The notes below the pieces were generated by a model that did no database searches, was not told the origin of the DNA, and saw only the letters and a list, made by a program, of their open reading frames with translations. Positions 9,499 to 17,262 of a stretch of 64,000 nt of DNA are shown here, piece by piece. The position numbers were made by a program, and so were the translations under genes. Position 1 is the first letter of the stretch. The number at the start of each line of letters is the position of its first letter. The stretch comes from an uncultured Gammaproteobacteria bacterium (GTDB lineage Bacteria; Patescibacteriota; Microgenomatia; Levybacterales; UBA12049), in NCBI GenBank assembly GCA_964521295.1, contig CAZFRF010000001.1, forward strand, positions 140,675-204,674. Direction: 5' to 3'.

Positions 9499-10266
9499 TT
9501 AAAAACCACTTGCGGCTGTTGCTCTTCCTTCAAGTTCTGCAATTCCAGTAAGTAAGGAAATTTGTTGAACAGAGTTAACAACATTATGTGAGACAGCGAA
9601 AAATTCTTGACCCGGTTTAATAAAGGGCGCATCAATACTTGGACTACCAAGTAAGCCAATATTTAGGTGTAAAGCTTCTTCAGTGTCAACCTGAATATCT
9701 CTTGGTTGCAGTCCGAACGGAGCCATAGTTGTATAGGCTCTTTGCATTCTAGATTGGATGCCTTCGTTAAGTTCTGCACCAGCGTTTTGAGCAATAAAAG
9801 TAGCAAATGCAGGAGTTCCATCCATTGAGATTGCCCAATTGTCGCCTGGTTTTTGACCAAGGTTTAAATGAAGACGTGTTAATTGAGGAATATCTGTTTG
9901 CGGATCTGCATCTAAGAACGTAGAAAAATCAGTTAGAAGTAATCTTAGAGTTGCAACTCCATTAGTAATATTATCCCAATCTACTCCAAGATGAGTTGGT
10001 TTGGGTAGATCAAATTTATATGTGATCCAATCAGGATGAGCTCCTTCATGAGTTTCTAAAACTCCGCCATAACCCCAGCCGTGTTCTGCGCTTGGTTGTA
10101 CAAATTGTCCAGGAACACTAGAGAATCCTCTTCTTATTTGGACAGTGTCTTTATCAAATGTATTTCTATCTGGAGCAATTGATTTGGGAATATGAATTTG
10201 CAGAGCTTCACCAGTTGTAGCTAATCTATAGACTGCCTTCGGGTTTTCTTGTAGATTTCTAGCCAT
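9499..10266 (-). CDS. hypothetical protein (255 aa), G+C-rich, inserted between rplT and greA
   Basis: Long ORF with clearly higher G+C than the flanking ribosomal genes. TATAAT lies 7 nt before the ATG (leaderless-type) and there is no recognisable SD. No motif recognised. Confidence 0.45.
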   Translation of the reverse strand: MARNLQENPKAVYRLATTGEALQIHIPKSIAPDRNTFDKDTVQIRRGFSSVPGQFVQPSAEHGWGYGGVLETHEGAHPDWITYKFDLPKPTHLGVDWDNITNGVATLRLLLTDFSTFLDADPQTDIPQLTRLHLNLGQKPGDNWAISMDGTPAFATFIAQNAGAELNEGIQSRMQRAYTTMAPFGLQPRDIQVDTEEALHLNIGLLGSPSIDAPFIKPGQEFFAVSHNVVNSVQQISLLTGIAELEGRATAASGF

Positions 10267-10287
10267 TCTGGAGATTATATCAAATTA

Positions 10288-10632
10288 TTATTTAACAGAG
10301 GCAACTAATTTGGTGAAAGTTGCTGGATCGTTAGTTACTAAATCTGCGAGAATTTTTCTATCTAATTCAATTTTTTCTTTTTTAAGTTTTCCAATAAGTA
10401 CGCTGTATGATGTACCTTCTTTTTTAGCAGCTTCACCGATTCTTATTTGCCATAAGGATCTAATATTTCTCTTTTTTAATTTTCTACCATGAAATGCATA
10501 GGCACCAGCATGAAGACTTGCTTCATGTTGCATTTTTGTAAGTTTTGATTTAGTACCTCTATAGCCTTTGGTTAAGACTTTTAATTTATTATGTTTTCTT
10601 TTGGAAACTAATCCTCTTTTAACTCTTGCCAT
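10288..10632 (-). CDS. rplT: 50S ribosomal protein L20
   Basis: MARVKRGLVSKRKHNKLKVLTKGYRG... is the typical L20 N-terminus. Confidence 0.9.
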   Translation of the reverse strand: MARVKRGLVSKRKHNKLKVLTKGYRGTKSKLTKMQHEASLHAGAYAFHGRKLKKRNIRSLWQIRIGEAAKKEGTSYSVLIGKLKKEKIELDRKILADLVTNDPATFTKLVASVK

Positions 10633-10633
10633 A

Positions 10634-10831
10634 TTATAATTCTCCTAATAATTTCTTGATATTTCTACCAAATCTACCACCTAGAACTGCTGGCTCTTTT
10701 TGTCTTCTGATTCTAGATTTACTTTTGTTTTTCTTTTTATGACTGCCATATTGATGTTCAAACATTACCTTACCTTTTTTGGTAACTTTAAACCTCTTGG
10801 CTACTGATTTCTTGATTTTCATCTTTTTCAT
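10634..10831 (-). CDS. rpmI: 50S ribosomal protein L35
   Basis: Small basic protein (MKIKKSVAKRFKVTKKGKV...) between infC and rplT. The true start is probably the internal Met, since the 5' end overlaps infC. Confidence 0.8.
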   Translation of the reverse strand: MKKMKIKKSVAKRFKVTKKGKVMFEHQYGSHKKKNKSKSRIRRQKEPAVLGGRFGRNIKKLLGEL

Positions 10832-11372
10832 TTTGTTTTTTCCTTTCTGGTGAGATTAAAACTATTAATTTTCTGCCCTCTAGTCTTCTCTCTCTGTCTA
10901 CCTTCGATATATCCGAAAGCAAATCTAAAGCTTTATCCAAAGTTCTGTGTCCAAACTCAGGATGAGTAATTTGCCTTCCGCTAAAAGAAACGACTAATCT
11001 GACTTTATCTCCGTTTTGCAAAAACTCTCTTGCTCTACCTACCATTACTTGAAGATCATTGTCTCCCATAAATGGTCCTAGGCGAACTTCTTTGGTTTCA
11101 GTAGTTTTTGCATTTCTTTTCTCTTCTCTTTTTTTCTTTTCCTCTTGATACAAAAACTTCTTGAAATCAATTAATTTTGCTACCGGTGGCTTAGCCATTG
11201 GAGCTATCTCTACTAGATCAAGCTCTTGTTCTCTTGCCAAATTTAAAGCTTCAAATTTGGAGAGTACTCCGATTTGCTTTCCTTCTGAGTCCAAAACCCG
11301 AAGTTCAGTTGCAAAAATTCGTTCGTTAGTGCGATAAAATTTTCTATCGTCTTTTTTAAACTTTTTTATCAA
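10788..11372 (-). CDS. infC: translation initiation factor IF-3
   Basis: N- and C-domains of IF3 (RVLDSEGKQIGVLSKFEALNLAREQELDLVEIAPMAKPPV...), in the conserved thrS-infC-rpmI-rplT order. Confidence 0.85.
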   Translation of the reverse strand: MIKKFKKDDRKFYRTNERIFATELRVLDSEGKQIGVLSKFEALNLAREQELDLVEIAPMAKPPVAKLIDFKKFLYQEEKKKREEKRNAKTTETKEVRLGPFMGDNDLQVMVGRAREFLQNGDKVRLVVSFSGRQITHPEFGHRTLDKALDLLSDISKVDRERRLEGRKLIVLISPERKKQNEKDENQEISSQEV

Positions 11373-12576
11373 TTTCGTCTTTTACCTTTGTTAAGAAATC
11401 TGAAATTTTCAGTACTCCTAAGTCTTTTCCATCTCTTAGCCTTAAAGAGACACTGTCATTTTCGACTTCCTTGCCTCCTATTATACCTAAAAATGGAATT
11501 TTTTGCAAAGTAGCGTTTTTAATCTTTTCTCTTAATGGGTCGCTAGAGCTATCTAAATATACTCTTACTCCCTGTTGGGTAAGATCTTGGCTAAGTTTTT
11601 TAGCAAATTCTAGTTGTGCGTCGGTAATTGGAAGTAAGGCTACTTGAGTTGGAGAGAGCCACAATGGGAAGTTTCCTTGATAGTGTTCAGTAAGAATTCC
11701 AATATATCTTTCAAAGCTACCTAGGATTGCTCTATGGATCATGACAGGCCTACCAAAGCTACCATCTTTTTGGACATATTTTAAGTCAAATGCTTCAGGC
11801 ATATGGAAATCTAGTTGAACTGTTGCAAGTTGCCATTCACGACCTAAGGAATCTTTAATATGAACATCAATTTTGGGTCCGTAAAATGCTCCATCTCCTT
11901 CTTTAAGGGAATATTTTAAGTTTTTCTTTTTTAAAGCTTCTTCTAAGTCTTTTTCAGCTTTTGTCCAGTTGTCCTCTGTGCCTGCGAAGAGCTCGGGTCT
12001 AGTGGCGAGTCTAAAATCAAATTCAAAACCGAATTTAGTATAGAATTCAATCATCATATCTAAAATATTGGAAACTTCTGAAAAAATATCATCTTCTGAA
12101 GCAAAGATATGGGCGTCATCCATGGTAATTTGTCTTACTCTTAAAAGTCCGTTTACTTCCCCACTCTTTTCTCTTCTGTGAAGCCTGCCGATTTCGGAAA
12201 GTCTTAAAGGAAGTTCTCTATATGATCTTGGTCTAAATCTATAGGCAATTGTTGCTTCAGGACAGTTCATTGGTTTTAGAGTATATAGCTCTCCTTTGGT
12301 ATCGTCTTCTGGATTATCCGATAGGTGCAGGTTGTACATGTTGTGTTCACCAAATTTAGTCCAGTGGCCTGATTCTTTAAACAGTTGGGATTTGATCATA
12401 ATAGGAGTTGAGATTTCTTGATAACCCGCTTTATCTAGTAAAAGTCTAATGTATTTTTCTAGCTCTTTAAAAATGATCATGCCTTTTGGAAGCCAGAAAG
12501 GAGCACCTGGTGCATATTCATGTGAGAAAAATAGTTCTAGTTCTTGGCCTAATTGTTTGTGATCTTTTAAATCCAT
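11356..12576 (-). CDS. thrS: threonyl-tRNA synthetase, short form (catalytic + anticodon-binding domains only)
   Basis: Class II motifs (FRxE: RLHRREKSGE; motif 3 region GSFERYIGIL). It has a C-terminal anticodon-binding domain but only 406 aa, so the TGS and editing N-terminal domains are absent. Confidence 0.8.
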   Translation of the reverse strand: MDLKDHKQLGQELELFFSHEYAPGAPFWLPKGMIIFKELEKYIRLLLDKAGYQEISTPIMIKSQLFKESGHWTKFGEHNMYNLHLSDNPEDDTKGELYTLKPMNCPEATIAYRFRPRSYRELPLRLSEIGRLHRREKSGEVNGLLRVRQITMDDAHIFASEDDIFSEVSNILDMMIEFYTKFGFEFDFRLATRPELFAGTEDNWTKAEKDLEEALKKKNLKYSLKEGDGAFYGPKIDVHIKDSLGREWQLATVQLDFHMPEAFDLKYVQKDGSFGRPVMIHRAILGSFERYIGILTEHYQGNFPLWLSPTQVALLPITDAQLEFAKKLSQDLTQQGVRVYLDSSSDPLREKIKNATLQKIPFLGIIGGKEVENDSVSLRLRDGKDLGVLKISDFLTKVKDEIDKKV

Positions 12577-12616
12577 GAGCGTATTTTATCAGCTTTTCTA
12601 AATTTTGTATACAAAG

Positions 12617-12844
12617 CTAGTGTTGAATAAGTTGTGGATTTTTAGCTATGACAAAATTTATTACATCAGCTATAAAATCACCTACGAAGGGTACTAAATT
12701 AATATTTCTTAAAATAAATCCTAAAAGCGTTACAATTACGGCAAGCCCAATGGTTGCACCTAGTGCCCAGGCAACTCCGCCAATGAAATTGTCAAGGAAA
12801 ATTTGCCCTCGTCTTTTTTTATGTACTGCTTCTTGTGGTTCCAT
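12617..12844 (-). CDS. small membrane protein (75 aa)
   Basis: Basic N-terminus followed by two predicted TM helices. Confidence 0.35.
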   Translation of the reverse strand: MEPQEAVHKKRRGQIFLDNFIGGVAWALGATIGLAVIVTLLGFILRNINLVPFVGDFIADVINFVIAKNPQLIQH

Positions 12845-12887
12845 AGTTAAAGCATGAAGTAAAATTTAAATCTTGTCAAGTTATGGA

Positions 12888-12916
12888 TTGACAGAAGCTT
12901 CTAGAATAAATATAAT
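12888..12916 (+). promoter_or_regulatory. near-consensus sigma70 promoter TTGACA-17-TATAAT
   Basis: TTGACA at 12888-12893 and TATAAT at 12911-12916. The ATG at 12927 lies about 10 nt downstream, giving a leaderless or very short-leader transcript. Confidence 0.5.
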
Positions 12917-12926
12917 TCCATCCAAT

Positions 12927-13280
12927 ATGAGAAGACTTGAATTAGGTGCGTTAATATTAGGCACGAGTATTGCATCTGTGGCTGTAGGTGGAGTTGTTGT
13001 GAGTTTAAATGAAAGAATTCAACCAGAAAAGCAGCAAGGTTTGAGCACAGATGCTTCAATTCGTCCATCATTTGGTAATGATGCTCAAGTCCAACAACCT
13101 CCTCAGGTTACTATTGAGTACTTAACACGTTTAGATGGTGATGCGGGTCTTTCAAGATTAACTGATAGAGATAAGGGAAACGTTTGCTATGCAGTAGTTC
13201 TTAATGATGGAGCTGGAAGAAGCGGTGTTGCTATAGATTGTGTGAATGATCAAGTAGCACCAGTAGCTACTCCACGCTAA
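12927..13280 (+). CDS. small G+C-rich secreted/membrane-anchored hypothetical protein (117 aa from the MRRLELGALILG start)
   Basis: N-terminal hydrophobic segment. The ORF-track start at 12873 lies upstream of the promoter. G+C is elevated. Confidence 0.35.
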   Translation: MRRLELGALILGTSIASVAVGGVVVSLNERIQPEKQQGLSTDASIRPSFGNDAQVQQPPQVTIEYLTRLDGDAGLSRLTDRDKGNVCYAVVLNDGAGRSGVAIDCVNDQVAPVATPR

Positions 13281-13284
13281 CTAA

Positions 13285-13854
13285 TTAAAGACCAAGATAA
13301 GGTGCAATTTGTTGCATTGAGGTTAAGGCAATTTGAATAAATTCATTTAAGGGGATATTTAACTTTTCTTCACACATTTTTATATTTTCTCTTTTTGCTC
13401 CTTTAGCAAAACTTTTTTCTTTAAACCTATTTAAAACAAAATTTAAATCAATGCTGGAGAGTTTTTTATCAGGACTTATTAATGCGCAAGCGACAATAAG
13501 GCCCGTTAGTTCATCAGAACAACAGATGCTCCAGTCAAGAAGTGATTGAGGTTCAACCTTGGTGTATTTATAATTGTGAGCCATGATTGCGTAAATGAGT
13601 GATTCATCAATTTTTCCACCTAATATGTCTTTGGCAAGAAGCCCATGTTTTTCTGGATGATCTTTGGATTTTTCATAGTCAATGTCGTGTAAAAGACCAA
13701 CAAGTCCCCATTCCTCTAATGCTTGGGCGTTGGGATTTTCATTTAAACGAAGATATAGCGCGCGCATTACTGCCTCAGCTGCGAACATATGTTTTATGAG
13801 ATTGGGGCTTTTAACATTATCTGTTAAAAGTTGATATGCTTCTTCCCTTGTCAT
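13285..13854 (-). CDS. HD-domain phosphohydrolase, YqeK-like (putative Ap4A/dinucleoside polyphosphate hydrolase)
   Basis: 189 aa. It has an H...HD metal-binding signature (LLHDIDYEK, IMAHNY) and size and architecture like Gram-positive YqeK. Confidence 0.55.
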   Translation of the reverse strand: MTREEAYQLLTDNVKSPNLIKHMFAAEAVMRALYLRLNENPNAQALEEWGLVGLLHDIDYEKSKDHPEKHGLLAKDILGGKIDESLIYAIMAHNYKYTKVEPQSLLDWSICCSDELTGLIVACALISPDKKLSSIDLNFVLNRFKEKSFAKGAKRENIKMCEEKLNIPLNEFIQIALTSMQQIAPYLGL

Positions 13855-13874
13855 TAATCTATTGTAGCAAATTG

Positions 13875-13949
13875 TGGGCCCTAGAAGAGTCGAACTTCTG
13901 ACCTTTACAATGTCAATGTAACGCTCTAACCAACTGAGCTAAGAGCCCG
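13875..13949 (-). tRNA. tRNA-Val (GAC)
   Basis: Cloverleaf on the minus strand: acceptor gggctct/agggccc, anticodon loop TTGACAT, T-loop TTCGACT. Confidence 0.8.
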
Positions 13950-14018
13950 TTTCTTTGCTAATTCTAACAAACTAAGTCTTTAAAGGCAATTTACGTTTTC
14001 TTACAAAATATTATAGGC

Positions 14019-14582
14019 TTGATATTAGCTTCAGTTTGTGCTAAAATGTTGCCAATGATTAGATCTCCCGAAGGTTCACGTTGGGGACTTGTTGCACCTG
14101 AGACTCATGTAGATGCAGGCTTATCTGGCGTGGAAAATCATGAAAATTGTGTATTCTGTCGTATGATTGCGGGAAAACAAAAATCTCATCTATTTTTAAA
14201 TGAAAATGATGTTACAGGTTTAATTTCCTTAGAAGGTCATCCTCTATTTGTTCCAAATTATCATATTGAAAAATCTGATCTAGAAAAGGGGTCAGGTATT
14301 GTTGAGGTTGGTAGAGCATTTGAAGCAGCAGTTAGATTCGTACCAATAATTTTAGAAGCATATCATGCATCCTCTATTAATATTGTCGCTAATTTAGGTC
14401 GTGATGCTGGACAAGAGATTCCACATGTTCATGTTCATGCTGTACCTAGGTTTCCAGGTGACAATGGAATGAAAGTGGTTATTAGAGGAACACCTCCAAA
14501 ATCTTTACACGGTGCGGTAGCGGGTGCGATGAGTAATATATATAACGAATCAAAGAAACCAGCAAATTTTGAAGCCCTATAA
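14019..14582 (+). CDS. HIT-family nucleotide hydrolase (histidine triad)
   Basis: CVFCRMIAG N-terminal motif and the histidine triad HVHVHAVPR. The exact start is uncertain (N-terminal extension before CxFC). Confidence 0.75.
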   Translation: MILASVCAKMLPMIRSPEGSRWGLVAPETHVDAGLSGVENHENCVFCRMIAGKQKSHLFLNENDVTGLISLEGHPLFVPNYHIEKSDLEKGSGIVEVGRAFEAAVRFVPIILEAYHASSINIVANLGRDAGQEIPHVHVHAVPRFPGDNGMKVVIRGTPPKSLHGAVAGAMSNIYNESKKPANFEAL

Positions 14583-15500
14583 TTATTGAGGCTTTATGGC
14601 TGCAACTGGTATTCCTAATCTTCTTTTTCTATGACCTTTTGCTTCTGAAACATGTTGAACGCTGTATGCTAAGGCTTCTCTTTCAATCTGCCTCCATGTA
14701 CCTTGCGGATCATATAAGGGTATTGCTCCAGATGCAATATAGTTTCTCGCGCCATAATATTGTCCATTAGTTAATTTAGATCTGTCTTGAACCATAACTC
14801 CTGCATTTCCTGGATTGTGTTCTTGAGAATCAAGCCTAGGAACACAGGCTAATATTTCATCTTTTAATCTTTCTCTTTCAGGTCTGATACGAGTTAGTAG
14901 TTCATCTCTTTGTTCGTCAGTAATTCTGCCAACAACAGCTAAATCAATATTGCTTGGATCTGGATGATCTGGTCTTTTAACTAATCCTTTAGCAACTGAG
15001 CCAAAAAGTAATACAGCAACGTCATGTTGTGGATCAATTTCTCTCCATTGTTCAACAATGTGTGCAGCCAAACTTCCAGCTTGTCTAAGTAGCACTTCTC
15101 TTCTTTGATAATCGACGTCTTCCATATATCTTCTACCTGCCTCTGGTTTTGGATATCTTTTAGCTAAAATCGCACAATTTTTCATTATTGCGAGTCTTGC
15201 CTTTTCTTCTACTGGCCACAGATTTGCTTTTTCCTCAGTAGTGAATCTTGTTCCTTCTTGTTTGTGTTGTCTTGCTAAAGCCATTACTCTTGCGGTATGT
15301 TCAGGGGCAACAACTTTTATGCCAAACCTAGGTAGAGTTATTAAGTAATCAGGTTTAGTTGGCGTTTGGGTAGCGATTTGTTCAGTTGGGATAACTGTCG
15401 GTAAGCTAGTTTTTTTAGCCACTGTTTGATTTCCCATGAATTGGGCAGCAATCATATCTGGTGTGAATCCTGGTCTTGGTTTTAATTCAGATGTAATCAT
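14583..15500 (-). CDS. nucleotidyltransferase-fold protein, paralog 1 (MNT/pol-beta-like GS...NIDL motif)
   Basis: LLFGSVAKGLVKRPDHPDPSNIDLAVVG fits hG[GS]x(9-13)[DE]h[DE]h, but with Asn in place of the first acidic residue. The likely ATG is at 15498-15500, since the ORF-track start is TTG. G+C-rich. Confidence 0.5.
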   Translation of the reverse strand: MITSELKPRPGFTPDMIAAQFMGNQTVAKKTSLPTVIPTEQIATQTPTKPDYLITLPRFGIKVVAPEHTARVMALARQHKQEGTRFTTEEKANLWPVEEKARLAIMKNCAILAKRYPKPEAGRRYMEDVDYQRREVLLRQAGSLAAHIVEQWREIDPQHDVAVLLFGSVAKGLVKRPDHPDPSNIDLAVVGRITDEQRDELLTRIRPERERLKDEILACVPRLDSQEHNPGNAGVMVQDRSKLTNGQYYGARNYIASGAIPLYDPQGTWRQIEREALAYSVQHVSEAKGHRKRRLGIPVAAIKPQ

Positions 15501-15510
15501 ATTTTTAAAC

Positions 15511-15575
15511 AAAAAAAACCGCCTAGTATATTAGGCGGGTAAATTTTTGCAACGAATCCCCGCCGTTAGGCGTTA
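15511..15575 (-). promoter_or_regulatory. leader/terminator element E: small hairpin cgcc-GTTA-ggcg plus terminator hairpin ccgccta-gtatat-taggcgg with an 8-nt U-tract (minus strand), 11 nt before the start codon
   Basis: Same three-part architecture as elements A-D but with a compensatory GC variant (GGCGGGG/CCCGCC). Confidence 0.55.
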
Positions 15576-15621
15576 ATAAGATCTGCAAAATTTCTACAAA
15601 CTAATTTCATGTTAAGAAAGT

Positions 15622-15650
15622 AATTGTAGTACTAATCTATTAATGTGTCA
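15622..15650 (-). promoter_or_regulatory. near-consensus promoter TTGACA-17-TACAAT (minus strand) upstream of element E
   Basis: RC of 15645-15650 is TTGACA and RC of 15622-15627 is TACAAT, with a 17-nt spacer. Confidence 0.45.
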
Positions 15651-15677
15651 AGTTTTGGGTTAATTTAGGAAGCTAAA

Positions 15678-16460
15678 TTAATTACGGCCTTTATGTGTGT
15701 GCGCTGCTCTTTTAGCCAGTAACCCTGCTTGATATTCAATGGCGCCTTTGTCTATTTCAGCCCAAATTCCCGCAGGATCATGTAGGGCATAAGCTCCTGA
15801 GGCAAGATAGACTCTAGCTTCGCCAAAATGATCTTTAGTTAAGACTTCAGGTTTTTGGACAAATACTCCTACATTTCCAGGTAGTGGATCTAATGTTTTG
15901 TCAACATTTGGACAAGTTGATCTGATTAATTCCCCCAAAGCTGTTCTTTCTTTGCGTATAGCATTTAAAAGTGCCGTGGTTGTTTCGGTTGTAAAGTTTC
16001 CAACAACAGCTAGATCAATGTTGCTTGGATCTGGGTGAAGTCTTGATTTAACAAGACCTGTTGCAACTGATCCAAACAATACAACCGCTATGTCTTTTTC
16101 AGGTTCAATATTCCTCCATTCTGAGGTGATATGATCAGACATTCTATCAGCCATATCTAAAAGTTCAATATGTCTTTCAGTGTCGATTTCATGCATAAAA
16201 CTTTCGCCGATTTGTCTTTCGGGATATCTACGGGCAGTGATTTTGCTACTTAACATTAATTGGATTCTTGCTTTTAATTCAGGCGTCCAAAGCAAAGGTC
16301 TTTGGCTTGGATCTAAAGGTGTATGAACTCTTTGTCCCTCAACAAGCGTAGTTCTTTGTCTAATTGACGATAAAACCTCACGTACAGGAGCAGGAGCAAC
16401 CACTCTTATTCCTGCATGTGGGTGCGTGATTCTTCTATCTAATTCAAATGTATTAATCAT
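15678..16460 (-). CDS. nucleotidyltransferase-fold protein, paralog 2
   Basis: VVLFGSVATGLVKSRLHPDPSNIDLAVVG is the same motif with the same Asn substitution. It is alignable with 14583..15500 over most of its length. G+C-rich. Confidence 0.5.
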   Translation of the reverse strand: MINTFELDRRITHPHAGIRVVAPAPVREVLSSIRQRTTLVEGQRVHTPLDPSQRPLLWTPELKARIQLMLSSKITARRYPERQIGESFMHEIDTERHIELLDMADRMSDHITSEWRNIEPEKDIAVVLFGSVATGLVKSRLHPDPSNIDLAVVGNFTTETTTALLNAIRKERTALGELIRSTCPNVDKTLDPLPGNVGVFVQKPEVLTKDHFGEARVYLASGAYALHDPAGIWAEIDKGAIEYQAGLLAKRAAHTHKGRN

Positions 16461-16545
16461 AAAATAAAAAAACCTCCCAATTTGGGAGGTCTATTTGTTA
16501 TTTGCTAATTTTTAGTTACGCAAATAAACCTCCTTTAAGGAAGTT
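16461..16545 (-). promoter_or_regulatory. leader/terminator element B (terminator hairpin cctccca-att-tgggagg + U-tract; upstream small element cctcctttaaggaag)
   Basis: 7-bp GC stem at 16473-16489; the A/T run at 16461-16472 abuts the start codon at 16460. Confidence 0.55.
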
Positions 16546-16594
16546 ATTCTTGCTCTTGAATTCAAATTTATAGTTCATAGTAGGTATTATAGTA

Positions 16595-17242
16595 TTATCC
16601 AACCTGTTGTGCAACTGCGCGCTCAGAAGACATGCTGTAGCTTGTTCCATGAGACTGGGCCAGGCTCCAAAAGTCTTTTTTGCCTTTTTTACCCGCTAAT
16701 GCTCCTAGCCAGCTTGCGCTAGATTCAATTCTAACTCTAGCGTTTTGAATAGTGGATAACATCCATTCAAAGAAGTTAAGGTGATATTTACCAGGTTTAA
16801 CTGCTTGAGTCATGGTTTCTCTAGTTACATCCTTAAAGGCTGATTCAAGTTCTTTGGAGGCTTGTCTCATTTTAACTAACTCTACTCTAATTTCTTCTAA
16901 TCTTTGGGATACTTCTCTGTTTTCCGCCTGAACTCTTCTAGCTTCTGCGTGGATAATTTCGCCAGCGTAATCTATTCCAGGCTCAACTTCAGCGCGTCTC
17001 TCTTTAGCTGCTTCTTTTCCAAAAGATACTTCTTGGCCTTCTTGAAGGTCTCCAGAGGCATGATGAGCAGCTTGTTGGGTCTCGGCTGCAAACTTATCCA
17101 AGCCTAAGATCTCACGCATAAGATCTTTTGAACCTTCTTTAATAAGGTCATTAGTAAAAGAGTGCGCAACATCACCAGCAAGTTCAAAACCTGCTTCAAG
17201 CTTATCTACTTCACGTAATATTTTAAATGGGTTTTTTGGCAT
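16595..17242 (-). CDS. coiled-coil hypothetical protein (215 aa), G+C-rich
   Basis: Charged, heptad-like sequence (ENREVSQRLEEIRVELVKMRQASKELESAFKD). No motif recognised. Confidence 0.4.
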   Translation of the reverse strand: MPKNPFKILREVDKLEAGFELAGDVAHSFTNDLIKEGSKDLMREILGLDKFAAETQQAAHHASGDLQEGQEVSFGKEAAKERRAEVEPGIDYAGEIIHAEARRVQAENREVSQRLEEIRVELVKMRQASKELESAFKDVTRETMTQAVKPGKYHLNFFEWMLSTIQNARVRIESSASWLGALAGKKGKKDFWSLAQSHGTSYSMSSERAVAQQVG

Positions 17243-17262
17243 ATTTAACTAGTTTGGGTATA

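Noticed and set aside
8958-15575. Possible integron attC sites (GTTAGGG / GTTAGGC / GTTAAGG core-site-like heptamers inside the small hairpins of the leader elements)
   Set aside because: Only the 7-nt GTTRRRY-like core is present. The elements are short perfect GC hairpins with U-tracts, not the 60-140-nt imperfect R''-L''/L'-R' palindromes of attC. No integrase gene or attI is present in the window. I keep it only as a remote alternative.
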